DNA of 64,000 nt from the human T2T-CHM13v2.0 reference genome, Homo sapiens. The notes under the pieces are model-generated. The model was given only the letters and a program-made list of their open reading frames with translations, was not told the origin of the DNA and did not search any database. The stretch is from NCBI RefSeq assembly GCF_009914755.1, contig NC_060930.1; one strand, given 5' to 3'. Positions 60,240 to 64,000 of this stretch are shown piece by piece. The stretch's first letter is position 1, and each line of letters begins with the position of its first letter. Both the position numbers and the translations under genes were made by a program.

Positions 60240-62240
60240 CCGCTTTCTGCTAATTCCAACATCTGGGCCATCTGTTGGTCTATTTCCATTGACTAATTTT
60301 TCTCAACTATAGGTCACATTTTTCTATTTTTCAAATGTGTGGCGTTTTATATTGCATACCTGACATTGTAAATAATATATTACAGAGAATATAAATTTCA
60401 TTATCTTCCTCTGAAGGGTGTTCAATTTTGTTCTAACAGACAATCGTATTACTGAATGAATACCTTGAGCCTGGGAAATCTTGGTTTTAGTCCTTCTTAG
60501 AGTAGGTCTATTTTAATTTTGTCCTTAGTCCCTGGGCAAATCTCTCAATCTAGAGAGAAGGTCTTTTTTCTCCTCTAGGGCCCTTTTAATAGCTTCATTG
60601 AAATAAAATTTATGAATCATAAAATTTATGCATTGTAAGTATATAATTCAGTAATTTTTGATACATTTATAGAGTTGTGTAACCATAATCACAATCCAGA
60701 ATTTTTAATTTAGAATTTAGAATTTTCCTTTTTTTGTTTTTGTTTTTTGAAACAGGGTCTCTCTCTATCACCCAGGCTGGAGTGCAGTGGTGCAATCATG
60801 GATCACTGCCGCCTCGAACTCCTGGATTCAAGCCATCCTCCTATCTCAGCATCCTGAGTACCTGAGACTACAGGCACTCACCACCACACCTGGCTAATTT
60901 TTGTATTTTTTCATAGAGACCCTTCTTGCTATGTTACCCAGGCTAATCTCAAACTCCTGGGCTCAAGCGATCCTTCTGCCTCAGCCTCCCAGAGTGCTGC
61001 AATTACAGGAGTGAGCCCAGTTTTTTGTTGCTTCTGGCAAACTCAATATAACATAAAATTTGCCATCTGACCCATCTTTAAGTGTACAGTTCAGTGACAT
61101 TAAATACATTCACATTGTTGTGCAACCCTCACCACCATTCATCTCCAGAACTTTTTTACATCTTACAAAACTGAAACTCTGTATCTGCTAAACAACTCCC
61201 CTTTCCTGCTCCTTCAAGCTCCTGACAACCACCATGCTACTTTCTGTCTTCATGAATTTGACTACTCTAGGTACTTCATATAAGTGAATCATACAATATT
61301 TGTCCATTTGTGACTGGCTCATTTCACATAATGTCCTCCAAGATTCATTCATGTTGTAGCATGCATCAGAATTTCCTCCTTTTTTGAAGGCTAAAAATAT
61401 TTCACTGTGTGTATATACCACATTGTTTATCCAAAATCTGGTTTTAGAACATTTCCATCACCCCATAAAGTTCCCTTTTTTTCCTGTTTATAATTGATTG
61501 CCACTCCCCCCCGCCAACCCTAGGCAACCACTGATCTGCTTTCTGCCTCCAAGTTTGCTTCATCTAACGATTCACATAAATGGAATCATACAGTAGGTAG
61601 TCTTTTACATCTTGCTTCTCTCACTTACCATGATGTTTAAGAGTTTGGAGAGGAGGTCTTCACTTCTAAGACATGGCCCTGCTGGAATTTTAATGGAATC
61701 CTGAGACATTTACAAAACCAAAAGTGGGTCTTGATCTCCAAACTCTGTCTCCCCTATGGTGGGTGGCTGCTGAAATTTATCCACAGGTCTTTCAACTTTC
61801 CAGCTATACTTTTTCTTCTGAGTTCCTTGGAATCTCATGCTACACAAGTAAACTGAAAAGTTAACCATGAAGTGGGGATAGTTAATAGAAAGATTTGGGG
61901 GCTCCCAGTCTTTCTGAAAGACTTCCTCCTTTCTGAGATTTATCCTCTCAATTTCCAGCTATTCTGGTGCTCAGGCTAATAAGATTAAGGCTGTCTCCTG
62001 GAGATGATCCTCCATGCCCTGGATGGGAGCATGCCTCCAGAGGAAAAGCTGAATAATATGAGTCTTACTTACTGTGGTTGCTTCTTCTAAATGTTGAATG
62101 CCTTCCCGATTCTACCTCCTTTTGATCACTCTCCAATTATTTTAAACATTTGCTTTCTACGTTTTGTCCAGAATATACCACTGTAGTTGGTAGGAGGGTA
62201 AGTCCCAAAGAAGGTACTGCACCACCACCAGAAGACTTTA
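60240..62240 (-). mobile_element. Nested old L1 cluster: L1ME-like > L1MB7/8-like (60585-61640) > L1MB3/4-like (~60700-61432) > AluJ
   Basis: L1MB tail ttttaatagcttcattgaaataaaattt is interrupted at atcacaatccag and resumes at ttttagaacatttccatcacccc (61443). Confidence 0.7.
60728..61019 (-). mobile_element. AluJ
   Basis: gaaacagggtctctctctatcacccaggctggagtgcagtgg...ctcctgggctcaagcgatcc. Confidence 0.92.
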
Positions 62241-64000
62241 TGGCAAGCTGTTTTTCCATTAGTGGGAAGAATAGAATTTAAAAAGAGATTCAGGACTGCG
62301 TAATTAGGATATCATCACTTCTGAAATGGCGAAAACTTTAGCTATAATTTCTTTAAGAAAATGAATATTACAATTAAGTTTACAAGAATAGTACTTAACT
62401 ACCTGTGGGGAAAAGTTCTATAGGCTTCTGGTCATTTTGCATTTTTCTTTGTTTTAAAACACTTAATTCTTTGTGATAGATATTTCTAAGCATTTAACTG
62501 CCATTGGATAAATAGATACTAATGAGAACAGCTAACATTGGTTGAGCACTTATTATGTGCAAATACTGTTATAAAAGCTTTGATGTATTAACTCTTAATA
62601 TTTCCAAAAGAGAGTTCACCCAGCTAGTAGCAGCTTTAGGGATCCCAGATCCCAGGGATCTGCGCGTAGCACCTGTCCATTTAGCCATTTCGCTATCGGG
62701 AATATCTCACCAGGATGAGAACTTGAGGACAGGTTGTTCACTCTTGACATCTGCTAGTTGACCCAGTCCTGAAATGGGCTAGGCATGCCCACCTTTCATG
62801 TTTCTGGATAGATCTAGACAAGATTGGGTGACCTGAATTCCTTGAGAGGACAAATGAATCCGTTTCTGATGGAGCTACTTTATGAGCACACTAATGGATC
62901 CGTTGGTTTTCTGTGTATGAAGGAAGAAGAAGCTGGAACACTTGTTAAGCTTCACAACTGAGATGTTCCAGGATTCTGCTGCCTTCTCTTTGGTCTTCTG
63001 GGAGGAACCATTTTTCACATGCGTCGTCCTTAACCGCTCAAGCAGCAACTGAAGCAGCTTTTCTAATTATTCCTGCCGAACATAACCAATTGACCCCTGA
63101 CAGTTGTCAGTTAGGCAGAACCTGTGCCCCTAATGAGAAGGCACAGCTAAATGCTGCTCTGATTATCCACTGGAAGCATTTTCATTAGATGCTAAACAGC
63201 CGTCTAATTTAGTTGTGACAGAAGAGGGAAAAAATGAATGGAATGTCTTGATGGGTCAGAATAATGCCAACTTGCAGACCTAAACATTCCCCCGGCAAAA
63301 TAAGATCTTACTGGAAATAGATATGTCAATATATTAACAGAGGTTACTTCTGGGTGGTTGCTCTATAGAACATTTTTATTTTCTTGTTTGTGCTTTTCTG
63401 TACTTTCTGTATTCTAAAAAAAAATACAAATTACTTTTGGATTATGATTTTTTTTTAAGATGAGGTATAGGGTAGATATATCCCTTGCTGTCCTCCTTTC
63501 AGTATACAGATGATGCTCAGAGTCTTCCCTCAGAAAGCCTTAAACCATCCCTAAAATCTAAATAATCCCTAAAATAAAAGTGTAAACTGACCCAGAATTG
63601 TAAATTTCTTCTAAAACGTGTCTAGCTTCTTAGTTTCTTATAAATATCGAGAACAGGATATATAATTTTCCATTTAAGCCCAGCGCATGATAGATATATA
63701 ATAAACATCTCTTGAATAAATGCATGAAAGAATAAGTGAATGAGTGGATGAAAGAAGAAATAATATATTTAATCAGGAGTTTTTCAATTACAAGTTTCTG
63801 AAAATCTAACATAAAGGCAACATTATCAGTTACTATACCTATTAGGATAAAGGTCAAGCTGGACTCAGGTGTATTTTCCTTATGTTATAGCTGTCTATGA
63901 ATTGGCTTCAAATCCTCTCTGGCTTCTTTACAGGCTTGTCACACAGATGTAACTCTAGACAGTTCTGGGGTTACATTCTTAGAGCTTTCAATGCAAAGTA

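Overview
Repeat-rich primate (human or other catarrhine/ape-like) non-coding DNA, intergenic or deep intronic. I see no host protein-coding exon, RNA gene, CpG island or CRISPR array. Nearly all listed ORFs are L1 ORF1/ORF2 debris, Alu/LTR read-throughs or microsatellite artefacts. The window holds a full-length but dead L1PA7-like element (22.05-28.5 kb), a second L1PA7-like element with a ~4.1 kb internal deletion (48.55-50.98 kb), ten Alus, many solo LTRs (LTR7/HERV-H, two THE1D, MSTB, MLT1/MLT2, MER93, LTR47-like), DNA transposons, and L2/MIR relics. The strongest unexpected signal is a hidden, TSD-flanked, spliced and polyadenylated retrocopy of a THE1-LTR-initiated non-coding transcript (48443-51297), later split by the second L1. 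Other notable structure: the two L1PA7 copies share a frameshift and other private-looking variants; a composite insertion of locally templated DNA plus an L1 fragment lies at 11.9-14.3 kb; and a ~95% identical 446 bp local duplication lies at 51.7/54.8 kb. I found no evidence of a novel protein-coding system. Subfamily names come from remembered consensus sequences and were not computed; boundaries of old repeats are approximate.
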